A stretch of 64,000 nucleotides of DNA from Hormiphora californensis (taxonomy: Eukaryota; Animalia; Ctenophora): contig CM035351.1 of NCBI GenBank assembly GCA_020137815.1, positions 2,728,001 to 2,792,000 on the forward strand, in the 5' to 3' direction. Positions 51,201 through 64,000 of this stretch are shown here, one piece after another. Each line of letters opens with the position of its first letter. Position 1 is the first letter of the stretch. Made by a program: the position numbers and the translations under genes. The notes beneath the pieces were generated by a model. That model was given only the letters and a program-made list of their open reading frames with translations, was not told the origin of the DNA and did not search any database.

Positions 51201-54200
51201 ACCCCTCAAGGGTCAGTTAGATGTTTAGTACTTAGCCCGATAGTAAAACAAAAACTGACCGTCTTAAACACCCAAACTAAGATTAGGTTAAATTGCGATT
51301 TGCGTTAGATTGAAATTTTTTCACTATCAGTCTCTATAGAATGAGGGCATGCTAATACAGACTCCACAGGAAACTACTATGGATAGAAGGAAGTGGACGA
51401 GAACGATCTTTGGTCAGTGGATCACCAAATCGTGATCCAGTCACTAAGATCCTCAGCTACCCTGCCATAAGGGGAACTGAAAGCTCTGTCATGTATCTTC
51501 CATCGACCAAGCGATACTACATTGTCAGGTAATAGAATGTTGTAACCAATCTATGTTATCAGTCCAAATTCTGCGTAGAAGAATAATTTTTAATAATTCG
51601 TATTTTCAGGGATTCCCAATTATTGGAAGTTGATCCGGAAACCCAAGAAACTAACGTCATAGCTCCTGAAAACGTCGCCGCTGCTAAGACAGTCGGGCAA
51701 AGATACATTGCCTACGCTACAGACAGTGAGATTATCTTACGAGATATCAAAACGGGATCAGAGAGGGTCATTTCTACCACCAGGTTCCCAGCAGAAAGTA
51801 TCAGTCTGATAGACTTACCAGAGGCCATCGAGAGTGAGAAAGAAATGGGACCAGATGACATGGGCGAAGATGGGGATGAAAGGAAGCCTCAATTCCGATA
51901 CATAGTTTCCAAATCTGGAGAAGTTGTCAGGGTGGATATGTCTGGAAACCGAGAAACCATCTCTGTACCTAGGGGAGGTAGTTTGCCTGTGGTTGATCCT
52001 ACAGACGATACCCTGTACTACGTTCTAGTCGGAAGGAACATAATGAAGGTTCAGCCATCCATCGACGGACAACAGGCCCTCGTCATGCGAGAAGGAAGTC
52101 AAATCAACGCCATAAAGATCCATCCTAAGACTAGGCGACTGTACTACAGTGACCAAGGTCGTGGCGTTGTTGGTTATGTCAACCTAGACACTTTGGAAAG
52201 CACCATTATCTACGAAGGACTGAGCAACCCTACTATCGTGTCTGTTGATCCTAAAGCAATGGTCGTGAAAGAGAGCGATTCCCTTGGCCAAGAAACCGTC
52301 AGCACTATTTCCACGAATGAAGATCAGCCAAGGAAAGAATCTGCACCGACTGAACTTGTTGGAGCAGACGAGGCAGCGACCACCCGACCCGGAGAGTTTG
52401 TCTACTTGAAGGATGGAATGCTCTACTCTTTTGTTCAAGGAAGGCGACCTCAATTGATCTCAAGAGATGTTACAAGCTTCATTGTTCGTCGAGGAAAGAT
52501 CATCTACGCAAAGAGACCATCCTACTCGTCTACAACTGAGATCGTGATGTATCAGCCGTCCACAGGAGAGACAAGGGTTGTTCAAGAAACGGAGGAAGAG
52601 GTTGCCGACATGACCACCTTCGTTATTGCCGACCCAACCGAAGATTCCATGGACAAGGAAGACGATATGGACAGAGAAGACGATATGGACAAGGGAGACG
52701 ATATGGACAGGGAAGACGATATGGATAAGGAAAACAGTTCCACAATGCCCCAGTATCGCTATATCGTTACCGGAAATGGAGAAGTTGTCAGGGTGGATAT
52801 GTCTGGAAACCGAGAAACCATCTCTGTACCTAGGGGAGGTAGTTTGCCTGTGGTTGATCCTACAGACGATACCCTGTACTACGTTCTTGTCGGAAGGAAC
52901 ATAATGAAGGTTCAACCATCCATCGATGGACGGCAGGGTCTTGTTATGCGAGGAGGTCGTCAAATTAATGCTTTAAAGATCCATCCCAAGACTAGGCGAC
53001 TGTACTACAGTGACCAAGGTCGTGGCGTTGTTGGTTATGTCAACCTAGACACTTTGGAAAGCACCATTATCTACGAAGGACTGAGCAACCCAACTATCGT
53101 GTCTGTTGATCCTAAAGCAATGGTCGTGAAAGAGAGCGATTCTCGCGGCCAAGAGACCGTTAGCACTATTTCCACGAATGAAGATCAGCCAAGGAAAGAA
53201 TCTGCACCGACTGAACTTGTTGGAGCGGACGAGGCAGCAACCACCCGACCCGGAGAGTTTGTCTACTTGAAGGATGGAATGCTCTACTCTGTAGTTCAAG
53301 GAAGACGACCTCAACTGATCTCCAGGGACGTTACCAGCTTCGTTGTTCGTCGAGGAGTCATCGTGTACGCAAAGAGACCATCTTACTCGTCTACAACTGA
53401 GATTGTGATGTATCAGCCGTCCACCGGAGAGACAAGGGTTGTTCAAGAAACGGAGGAAGACGTTGCCGACATGACCACCTTCGTTATTGCCGACCCAATC
53501 GAGGATTCCATGGACAAGGAAGATGATATGGATGAGAAAGACGGTATGGACAGAGAAGAAGATATGGACAGGGAAGACCCTATGGACAAGGGAGACGACA
53601 CAGACAAGGGAGACGATATGGATAGGGAAGACGATATGGACAAGGAAGACGATATGGACAAGGAAGACAGTTCCACAATGCCCCAGTATCGCTATATCGT
53701 TACCGGAAATGGAGAAGTTGTCAGGGTGGATAAGTCTGGAAACCGAGAAACCATCTCTGTACCTATGGGAGGAAGTTTGCCTGTGGTTGATCCCACAGAC
53801 GATACCCTGTACTACGTTCTTGTCGGAAGGAACATTATGAAGGTTCAGCCATCCATCGATGGAAGGCAGGGTCTTGTTATGCGAGGAGGACGTCAAATCA
53901 ACGCCATAAAGATTCATCCCAAGACTAGGCGACTGTACTACAGTGACCAAGGTCGGGGCGTTGTTGGTTATGTCAACCTAGACACTTTGGAAAGCACCGA
54001 TTATCTACGAAGGACTGAGCAACCCAACTATCGTATCTGTTGATCCTAAAGCAATGGTCGTGAAAGAGAGCGATTCACAGGGCCAAGAAACCGTCAGCAC
54101 TATCTCCACGAATGAAGATCAGCCAAGAAAAGAATCTGCACCGACTGAACTTGTTGGAGCCGACGAGGCAGCGACCACCCGACCCGGAGAGTTTGTCTAC

Positions 54201-57200
54201 TTGAAGGATGGAATGCTCTACTCTGTTGTTCAGGGAAGGCGACCTCAATTGATCTCAAGAGATGTTACCAGCTTCGTTGTTCGTCGAGGAGTTATCGTGT
54301 ACGCAAAGAGACCATCTTACTCGTCTACAACTGAGATTGTGATGTATCAGCCGTCCACAGGAGAGACAAGGGTTGTTCAAGAAACGGAGGATGAGGTTGC
54401 CGACATGACCACCTTCGTTATTACCGACCCAATCGAGGATTCCATGGACAAGGAAGATGATATGGATGAGAAAGACGGTATGGACAGAGAAGAAGATATG
54501 GACAGGGAAGACCCTATGGACAAGGGAGACGATATGGATAGGGGAGACGATATGGACAAGGAAGACGATATGGACAAGGAAGAAAACATGGACAGGGAAG
54601 ACGATATGGACAAGGAAGACAGTTCCAAATTGCCCCAGTATCGCTATATCGTTACCCAGAATGGTGAAGTTGTCAGGGTGGATATGTATGGAAACCGAGA
54701 AACCATCTCTGTACCGAGGGGAGGAAGTTTGCCTGTGGTTGATCCTACAGACGATACCCTGTACTACGTTCTTGTCGGAAGGAACATAATGAAGGTTCAA
54801 CCATCCATCGATGGACGGCAGGGTCTTGTTATGCGAGGAGGACGTCAAATTAACGCCATAAAGATCCATTCCAAGACTAGGACACTGTACTACAGTGACC
54901 AAGGTCGTGGCGTCGTTGGTTATGTCAACCTAGACACTTTGGAAAGCACCGTTATCTACGAAGGACTGAGCAACCCAACTATCGTATCTGTTGATCCTAA
55001 AGCAATGGTCGTGAAAGAGAGCGATTCTCGAGGCCAAGAGACCGTCAGCACTATTTCCACGAATGAAGATCGGCCAAGGAAAGAATCTGCACCGACTGAA
55101 CTTGTTGGAGCGGACGAGGCAGCTACCACCCGACCCGGAGAGTTTGTCTACTTGAAGGATGGAATGCTTTACTCTGTTGTTCAGGGGAGACGCCCTCAAT
55201 TGATCTCCAGAGATGTTACCAGCTTCGTTGTTCGTCGAGGAGTTATCGTGTTCGCAAAGAGACCATCTTACTCGTCCACGACTGAGATTGTGATGTATCA
55301 GCCGTCCACAGGAGAGACAAGGGTTGTTCAAGAAACGGAGGAAGAGGTTGCCGACATGACCACCTTCGTTATTACTGACCCAACCGACGATTTCATGGAT
55401 AAGGAAGATGATACGGATAAGGGAGAAGATATGGACAAGGAAGACGATATGGACAAGGGAGACGACACGGATAAAGAAGACGATACGGACAGGGTAGACG
55501 ATATGGACAGAGAAGACGATACGGACAAAGAAGACGATATGGACAAGGGAGACGATATGGACAAGGAAGACGATATGGATAAGGACGACAGTTCCACAAT
55601 GCCCCAGTATCGCTATATCGTTACCCAGAATGGTGAAGTTGTCAGGGTGGATATGTATGGAAACCGAGAAACCATTTCTGTACCGAGGGGAGGAAGTTTG
55701 CCTGTGGTTGATCCTACAGACGATACCCTGTACTACGTTCTTGTCGGAAGGAACATAATGAAGGTTCAACCATCCGTCGATGGAAGGCAGGGTCTCGTAA
55801 TGCGAGGAGGACGTCAAATCAACGCCATAAAGATCCATCCCAAGACTAGGCGATTGTACTACAGTGACCAAGGTCGTGGCGTTGTTGGTTATGTCAACCT
55901 AGACACTTTGGAAAGCACCATTATCTACGAAGGACTGAGCAACCCAACTATCGTATCTGTTGATCCTAAAGCAATGGTCGTGAAAGAGAGCGATTCCCGT
56001 GGCCAAGAGACCGTCAGCACTATTTCCACTAGTGAAGATCAGCCAAGAAAAGAATCTGCACCGACTGAACTTGTTGGAGCGGACGAGGCAGCGACCACCC
56101 GACCCGGAGAGTTTGTCTACTTGAAGGATGGAATGCTCTACTCTGTTGTTCAGGGGAGACGACCTCAATTGATCTCCAGAGATGTTATTAGCTTCATTGT
56201 TCGTCGAGGAGTCATCTTGTACGCAAAGAGACCATCCTACTCGTCTACAACTGAGATCGTGATGTATCAGCCGTCCACCGGAGAGACGAGGGTTGTCCAA
56301 GAAACGGAGGAAGAGGTTGCTGACATGACCACATTTGTTATTATCGACCCAATCGAGGATTCCATGGACAAGGAAGACGATATGGACAAGGAATACGAGA
56401 TTGACAATGAAAACGATATGGACAATGGAGACGATATGGACAAGGAAGATGATATGGACAGGGAAGACGATATGGACAAAGGAGACGATACGGACAGGGA
56501 AGATGATTTTGATATTCCCGATGATACCGAGGCTCAAAAGTTCCAAGGATTTGGACGATACATTATCTTTTCCAAGGGAGGTTCCCTGGTTATCCGTGAT
56601 ACTGTTACTATGGCAACGGAAACATTCTCTCGTGTTGGAGCTAAAAGTTACGTGTATGATCCCTCTGAAGATACCTTCTACTTCCTCACCACGGCTGCAT
56701 TAGTGAAGGAGCCGCGGGGCGGAGAACTTGAATATGTATACCGCGGTATGTCACGTGATTTGATCCACGACAAGACCACCGATTCACTCTACTTTGCTTC
56801 AATGTACACCGGTGGAGTTTTGAGATACGATATCAAGACTGGGGAAATTGAGAAAACTTTCTCTGGGGTTGTCCAGAATCTGAATCTTTATGCCCCTGGA
56901 TCACTTCTCTGGTCTCAAGGTCGAGGTGAAGCTACTCAACTGTCCACAAGTAGCGGTGATACCTTGATTGAAGATGGTCTAGATGGAACTGAGAAAGCCT
57001 TCGTGTACCTTCCTTCCAAGAAGGTTGTTCTCTACCTGAAACCAATTGGAGATCTCATCAAGTACGAGGACGGTGAGAGAGAGACCTTTAAACAGGGTGT
57101 CCAAGCTGTCACAACCAGAGGAGACCGAATTCTGATCCTTTACACTGACGGCTCTTTGTATAGTGTCGATGTGGGATCAGGTGAAGAAACCCGGCAGCCA

Positions 57201-60200
57201 GTAACCCTTGAGGAAGGTGTAGACGATATTTCGGGATTGGGAGCCATTGGTGATGCCCCTGCCGTGGTCTTCTACATAGACAGGAACGGCTACTTCCAAA
57301 GGTCAGATAAGGAAGGTGCGTCCCGAGGAAGGCTTTACTACACAGCTACTTCACCCAATGGTGTGCTATACAGTGTCTCGGCGGATAAATCATCTGTCGT
57401 TAAGCAAGGCGTAGATCAGTATAATCCGGAATATGTCGTCACTGGACGTGGAGAGATCTCGGACATGGTTGTTCGGGGAGAGAATGATTGGGTATTCTAC
57501 TCTGACAAGAAGGAGGGAACCCTCTATGGGTTTAGGTTCCTTGACAACATAGTTGAGAGAGTCCTCTATCAAAATCTGGAGGAGCCATCTGTACTGGATG
57601 CTGATATTGTATCAAGGTGAGTAACTATTAATTTTTGATGTTTCTATTTATAGATTACGAACATAATTATTTAGAATTTTGGTATTCTTTTTGCAGCCGA
57701 TAACAGAATTAATTCTCAATATTTTACCAGGGAGTTGATTTGGATTCAGGGAGCGGAAAGAAAAGCTAAGGTTATGCTTGGATCTGTATTTGGGACCACC
57801 CATTACAGCCCAGTTGCTGCTTACCCAACTGTAACTGGTACCGAAACCAGTATCCTTCTTCATCCCATAATTGAAAGTGGATTTATTATACTCCGTAATG
57901 GTGAATTGATCGAGTATGACCCTGTAAACAGGAAAGAGATTTCTTTGGCCAAAAGAGTCACTGCTGTCTCCAAATCCAAGGATGGAAAGATTTACTTTGC
58001 TGATGAACAGGGCCAGGTAAGTTAAAGATAATCAAATAAATAAAGTCCATATTTTCAACTGTTCACCCCTCGTTTTGTGTGCGGATTTGTTTTGTGCGTC
58101 TATCGCAAGTTAATCTGTGCTTGCACGTCAAAGAGATCAATTTCACACGTGCAAGAGTTTGCGGGTGAAAAGTTGAATAAAAATTCATTAGAACTTCATG
58201 AGTACTATTGCCCTTGGCATGTCTTTTGAAATTTATAATGAAGTAAAAGAATTTTCCTTTCAGGTATTTGAACTCGACTTCAAGACTGGAACTCACCGAT
58301 TTGTGACTACCCTTCCTGCCGGCGTATCTGACTTCCAGCTCTTCTTCGCCAACGACGTAGAGGAAGGTTCAACGGAACTCATTGGAACTGATGAAGATTC
58401 TAATGATGAGGAAGATACAACAAACAAGGGAGATGATATGGACAAGGGAGACGATATGGACAAGGAAGATGATATGGACAAAGAAGACGATATGGACAGG
58501 GAAGACGATATGGACAAGGGAGACAGTTCTACAACACCCCAATACCGCTATATAGTTACCCAGAATGGAGAAGTTGTCAGGGTGGATAGATCTGGAAACC
58601 GAGAAACCATTTCTGTACCGAGGGGAGGAAGTTTACCTGTGGTTGATCCTACAGACGATACCTTGTACTACGTTCTAGTCGGAAGGAACATTATGAAGGT
58701 TCAGCCAGCCGTTGATGGAAGGCAGGGTCTCGTAATGCGAGGAGGACGTCAAATTAACGCCATAAAGATCCATTCCAAGACTAGGACACTGTACTACAGT
58801 GACCAAGGTCGTGGCGTCGTTGGTTATGTCAACCTAGACACTTTGGAAAGCACCATTATCTACGAGGGACTGAGCAACCCAACTATCGTATCTGTTGATC
58901 CTAAAGCAATGGTCGTGAAAGAGAGCGATTCTCGGGGACAAGAAACCGTCAGCACTATTTCCACGAATGAAGATCAGCCAAGGAAAGAATCTGCACCGAC
59001 TGAACTTGTTGGAGCGGACGAGGCAGCTACCACCCGACCCGGAGAGTTTGTCTACTTGAAGGATGGAATGCTCTACTCTGTAGTTCAGGGAAGGCGACCT
59101 CAATTGATCTCCAGGGATGTTACCAGCTTCGTTGTTCGTCGAGGAGTGATTGTGTACGCAAAGAGACCATCCTACTCATCTACAACTGAGATCGTAATGT
59201 ATCGGCCGTCCACAGGAGAGACAAGGGTTGTTCAAGAAACGGAGGAAGAGGTTGCTGACATGACGAGCTTTGTTATCACCGACCCAACCGAAGATTCCAT
59301 GGACAAAGAAGACGATATGGACAAGGGAGAAGATATGGACAAAGAAGACGATACGGACAAAGAAGACAATATGGACAAGGGAGACGATATGGAAAAAGAA
59401 GACGACACAGACAAAGAAGACGATACAGACAGGGAAGACGATATGAACCAGGGAGACAGTTCCAAAATGCCCCAGTATCGCTACATCGTTACCGGAAATG
59501 GAGAAGTTGTCAGGGTAGATAAATCTGGAAACCGAGAAACCATCTCTGTACCGAGGGGAGGAAGTTTACCTGTGGTTGATCCTACAGACGATACCCTGTA
59601 CTACGTTCTTGTCGGAAGGAACATTATGAAGGTTCAGCCATCTGTCGATGGACGGCAGGGTCTTGTTATGCGAGGAGGACGTCAAATCAATGCCATAAAG
59701 ATCCATCCTAAGACTAGGCGACTGTACTACAGTGACCAAGGTCGTGGCGTTGTTGGTTATGTCAACCTTGACACTTTGGAAAGCACAATTATCTACGAAG
59801 GACTGAGCAACCCTACTATCGTGTCTGTTGATCCTAACGCAATAGTCGTAAAAGAGAGCGATTCTCGGGGACAAGAAACCGTCAGCACTATTTCCACTAG
59901 TGAAGATCAGCCAAGAAAAGAATATGCACCGACTGAACTTGTTGGAGCGGACGAGGCAGCTACCACCCGACCCGGAGAGTTTGTCTACTTGAAGGATGGA
60001 ATGCTCTACTCTGTAGTTCAGGGAAGGCGACCTCAATTGATCTCCAGGGACGTTACCAGCTTCGTTGTTCGTCGAGGAGTGATTGTGTACGGAAAGAGAC
60101 CATCCTACTCGTCTACAACTGAGATCGTGATGTATCGGCCGTCCACAGGAGAGACAAGGGTTGTGCAAGAAACGGAGGAAGAGGTTGCTGACATGACCAC

Positions 60201-63200
60201 CTTCGTTATTACCGACCCAACCGAGGATTCCATGGACAAGGAAGACGAGATGGACAAGGGAGAAGACATGGACAAAGAAGACGATACGGACAAAGAAGAC
60301 AATATGGACAAGGGAGACGATATGGAAAAAGAAGACGACACAGACAAAGAAGACGATACAGACAGGGAAGACGATATGGACCAGGGAGACAGTTCCAAAA
60401 TGCCCCAGTATCGCTACATCGTTACCGGAAATGGAGAAGTTGTCAGGGTAGATAAGTCTGGAAACCGAGAAACCATCTCTGTACCGAGAGGAGGAAGTTT
60501 GCCAGTGGTTGATCCTACAGACGTACTAAACGTTCTTGTGGAAGGAACATTATGAAGGTTCAGCCATCCACAAGGACGGCAGGGTCTGTTATGCGAGGAG
60601 GACGTCAAATCAATGCCATAAAGATCCATCCAAGACTAGGCGACTGTACTACAGTGACCAAGGTCGTGGCGGGTTGGTTATGTCAACCTAGACACTTTGG
60701 AAAGCACCGTTATCTACGAAGGACTGAGCAACCCAACTATCGTATCTGTTGATCCTAAAGCAATGGTCGTAAAAGAGAGCGATTCCCGTGGCCAAGAAAC
60801 CGTCAGCACTATTTCCACGAATGAAGATCAACCAAGGAAGGAATCTGCACCGAATGAACTTGTTGGAGCTGACGAAGCAGCCACCACCCGACCCGGAGAG
60901 TTTGTTTATTTGAAAGATGGAATGCTCTACTCTGTAGTTCAGGGCAGACGACCTCAATTGATCTCTAGGGACGTTACCAGCTTCTTTGTTCGTCGAGGAG
61001 TCATCATGTACGCAAAGAGACCATCCTATTCGTCACAACTGAGATTGTGATGTATCAGCCGTCCAGGAGAGACGAGGGTTGTTCAAGAAAAGGAGGAAGA
61101 GGTTGTCGACATGACCACATTCGTTATTATCGACCCAACCGAGGATTCCATGGATAAGGAAGACGATATGGACAAGGGAGACGTATGGACAGGGGAGACG
61201 ATATGGACAGGGAAGACGATATGGATAGGGAAGACGATATGGACAAAGAAGACAGTTCCACAATGCCCCAGTATCGCTATATCGTTACCGGAAATGGAGA
61301 AGTTGTCAGGGTGGATAAGTCTGGAAACCGAGAAACCATCTCTGTACCTATGGAGGAAGTTGCCTGTGGTTGATCCTACAGACGATACACTGTACTACGT
61401 TCTAGTCGGAAGGAAATAATGAAGGTTCAGCCATCCATTGATGGACGGCAGGGTCTCGTAATGCGAGGAGGACGTCAAATCAACGCCATAAAGATCCATC
61501 CCAAGACTAGGCGACTGTACTACAGTGACCAAGGTCGTGGCGTCGTTGGTTAGTTCAACCTAGACATTTGGAAAGCACCATTATCTACGAAGGACTGAGC
61601 AATCCAACTATCGTGTCTGTTGATCCTAAAGCAATGGTCGTGAAAGAGAGCGATTCCCGTGGCCAAGAGACCGTCAGCACTATTTCCACGAATGAAGATC
61701 AGCCAAAGAAAGAATCTGCACCGACTGAACTTGTTGGAGCGGACGAGGCAGCGACCACCCGACCAGGAGAGTTTGTATACTTGAAGGATAGAATGCTCTA
61801 CTCTGTAGTTCAGGGAAGGCGACCTCAATTGATCTCTAGGGACGTTACCAGCTTCTTTGTTCGTCGAGGAGTCATCGTGTACGCAAAGAGACCATCCTAT
61901 TCTTCCACAACTGAGATTGTGATGTATCAGCCGTCCACCGGAGAGACGAGGGTTGTCCAAGAAACAGAGGAAGAGGTTGCCGACATGACCACCTTCGTTA
62001 TTATCGACCCAACCGAAGAGTCTATGGACAAGGAAGACGATATGGACAAGGGAGACGATATGGTAAAAGAAGAAGACACGGACAAAGAAGACGAAACGGA
62101 CAGGGAAGACAATATGGATAGGGAAGACGATATGGACAAGGAAGACAGTTCCACAATGCCCCAGTATCGCTATATCGTTACCGGAAATGGAGAAGTTGTC
62201 AGGGTGGATAAGTCTGGAAACCGAGAAACCATCTCTGTACCAAGGGGAGGAAGTTTGCCTGTGGTTGATCCTACAGACGATACACTGTACTACGTTCTAG
62301 TCGGAAGGAACATAATGAAGGTTCAGCCATCCATTGATGGACGGCAGGGTCTCGTAATGCGAGGAGGACGTCAAATCAACGCCATAAAGATCCATCCCAA
62401 GACTAGGCGACTGTACTACAGTGACCAAGGTCGTGGCGTCGTTGGTTATGTCAACCTAGACACTTTAGAAAGCACCATTATCTACGAAGGACTGAGCAAC
62501 CCAATTATCGTGTCTGTTGATCCTAAAGCAATGGTCGTAAAAGAGAGCGATTCCCGTGGCCAAGAAACCGTCAGCACTATTTCCACGAATGAAGATCAAC
62601 CAAGGAAGGAATCTGCACCGACTGAACTTGTTGGAGCTGACGAAGCAGCCACCACCCGACCCGGAGAGTTTGTTTATTTGAAAGATGGAATGCTCTACTC
62701 TGTAGTTCAGGGCAGACGACCTCAATTGATCTCTAGGGACGTTACCAGCTTCTTTGTTCGTCGAGGAGTCATCATGTACGCAAAGAGACCATCCTATTCG
62801 TCCACAACTGAGATTGTGATGTATCAGCCGTCCACCGGAGAGACGAGGGTTGTTCAAGAAACGGAGGAAGAGGTTGTCGACATGACCACATTCGTTATTA
62901 TCGACCCAACCGAGGATTCCATGGATAAGGAAGACGATATGGACAAGGGAGACGATATGGACAGGGGAGACGATATGGACAAGGGAAGACGATATGGATA
63001 GGGAAGACGATATGGACAAAGAAGACAGTTCCACAATGCCCCAGTATCGCTATATCGTTACCGGAAATGGAGAAGTTGTCAGGGTGGATAAGTCTGGAAA
63101 CCGAGAAACCATCTCTGTACCTATGGGAGGAAGTTTGCCTGTGGTTGATCCTACAGACGATACACTGTACTACGTTCTAGTCGGAAGGAACATAATGAAG

Positions 63201-64000
63201 GTTCAGCCATCCATTGATGGACGGCAGGGTCTCGTAATGCGAGGAGGACGTCAAATCAACGCCATAAAGATCCATCCCAAGACTAGGCGACTGTACTACA
63301 GTGACCAAGGTCGTGGCGTCGTTGGTTATGTCAACCTAGACACTTTGGAAAGCACCATTATCTACGAAGGACTGAGCAATCCAACTATCGTGTCTGTTGA
63401 TCCTAAAGCAATGGTCGTGAAAGAGAGCGATTCCCGTGGCCAAGAGACCGTCAGCACTATTTCCACGAATGAAGATCAGCCAAGGAAAGAATCTGCACCG
63501 ACTGAACTTGTTGGAGCGGACGAGGCAGCGACCACCCGACCCGGAGTCTTTATCTACTTGAAGGATGGAATGCTTTACTCTGTAATTCAGGGGAGACGAC
63601 CTCAATTGATCTCCAGGGACGTTACCAGCTTCGTTGTTCGTCGAGGAGTCATCGTGTACGCAAAGAGACCATCCTACTCGTCTACAACTGAGATCGTGAT
63701 GTATCAGCCGTCCACAGGAGAGACAAGGGTTGTGCAAGAAACGGTTGAAGATGTTGTCGATATGACCACCTTCGTTATTACCGACTCAACCGACGATTTC
63801 ATGGACAAGGAAGACGATATGGAAAAGGAAGACGATATGGAAAAGGAAGACGATATGGAAAAGGAAGACGATACTGATTTCCGTGGTGTTTCTCGATTTG
63901 AGTTTGTCATCGAATCTGGTGTTGTATACCGTATGCCACTTGGTCGGCCAGACCTGAAGGAAAGGCTTCCCATCCCGGGAACCTACCCTGTTTTCTCCAA
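33209..64000 (+). CDS. Giant multi-beta-propeller (YWTD/LDLR class B-like) protein with thyroglobulin type-1 domains and acidic repeats; 3'-partial; probably continuous with 29035-32738
   Basis: Dozens of GT-AG exons with LYWTD, IYWTE, LYYTD, IYWID, LYFTD and LYYSD blades and D-P-x-x-x-x-L/I-Y motifs. Giant exons 51610-57616 and 58264-end. Several 1-nt indels. Confidence 0.85.
43409..43597 (+). other. Exon encoding thyroglobulin type-1 domain 1 of the giant protein
   Basis: PCS...[14 protein letters not shown]...CECVNGMGE...NC, six Cys, phase 1-1 exon. Confidence 0.85.
43608..43760. repeat. (ATTCA)n intronic microsatellite
   Basis: Direct reading. Confidence 0.95.
44272..44459 (+). repeat. 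39-bp tandem repeat, ~5 copies, spanning an exon end and donor site
   Basis: at(c/t)ctgaatacatgaccatcattgacaagtatgtagttc. Confidence 0.95.
45063..45279 (+). other. Thyroglobulin type-1 domain 2 of the giant protein
   Basis: VC...[15 protein letters not shown]...[14 protein letters not shown]...EC. Confidence 0.88.
48794..48902. mobile_element. 109-bp MITE with 15-bp TIRs and an 8-bp TSD (hAT-like)
   Basis: caggaaccgaccgaa ... ttcggtcggttcctg; ttagttac at 48786-48793 and 48903-48910. Confidence 0.92.
51890..56510 (+). repeat. Coding tandem array 1: five ~0.86-0.97-kb units (propeller + acidic linker)
   Basis: Q(F/Y)RYIV unit starts at ~51890, 52751, 53683, 54636 and 55605. Confidence 0.92.
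58430..63876 (+). repeat. Coding tandem array 2: six units of the same repeat
   Basis: QYRYIV unit starts at ~58540, 59473, 60406, 61269, 62162 and 63042; 18-bp gacgatatggacaaggaa-type minisatellite linkers. Confidence 0.92.

Noticed and set aside
33209-51530. Naming the giant gene LRP1, LRP2 or nidogen
   Set aside because: No LDLa, EGF, NIDO or G2 domains are visible, so orthology is unsupported.
52649-56510. Reflectin-like MD periodicity in the linkers
   Set aside because: Spacing is MD-x4 rather than the reflectin MD-x5, with no Tyr/aromatic enrichment; superficial resemblance.
52184-63973. Many minus-strand ORFs (SLSISS.. and VHIVF.. repeats)
   Set aside because: Antisense shadows of the MDKEDD/propeller repeats.

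Overview
Eukaryotic animal genomic DNA with short GT-AG introns and microsatellites. It is most likely a ctenophore (Pleurobrachia-like). That call rests on a 109-bp MITE and the style of the divergent GPCRs, both recognised from memory and not searched. The left half (1-28 kb) holds non-autonomous repeats, three class A GPCRs, an intronless C-type lectin + CAP gene, a small neuropeptide-like precursor, an orphan ORF and a divergent glypican. The right half (29,035 to the window end) appears to be a single giant gene. It encodes a signal peptide and four QPD-type C-type lectin domains, joined through a GTAAGT donor that overlaps the lectin stop codon to a long string of EGF-free YWTD-like beta-propellers. 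These include two thyroglobulin type-1 domains and 11 near-identical ~0.9-kb repeats (propeller + MDKEDD acidic linker). The product is roughly >8,000 aa and still open at the window end. Scattered 1-nt indels in exons look like sequencing or assembly error.
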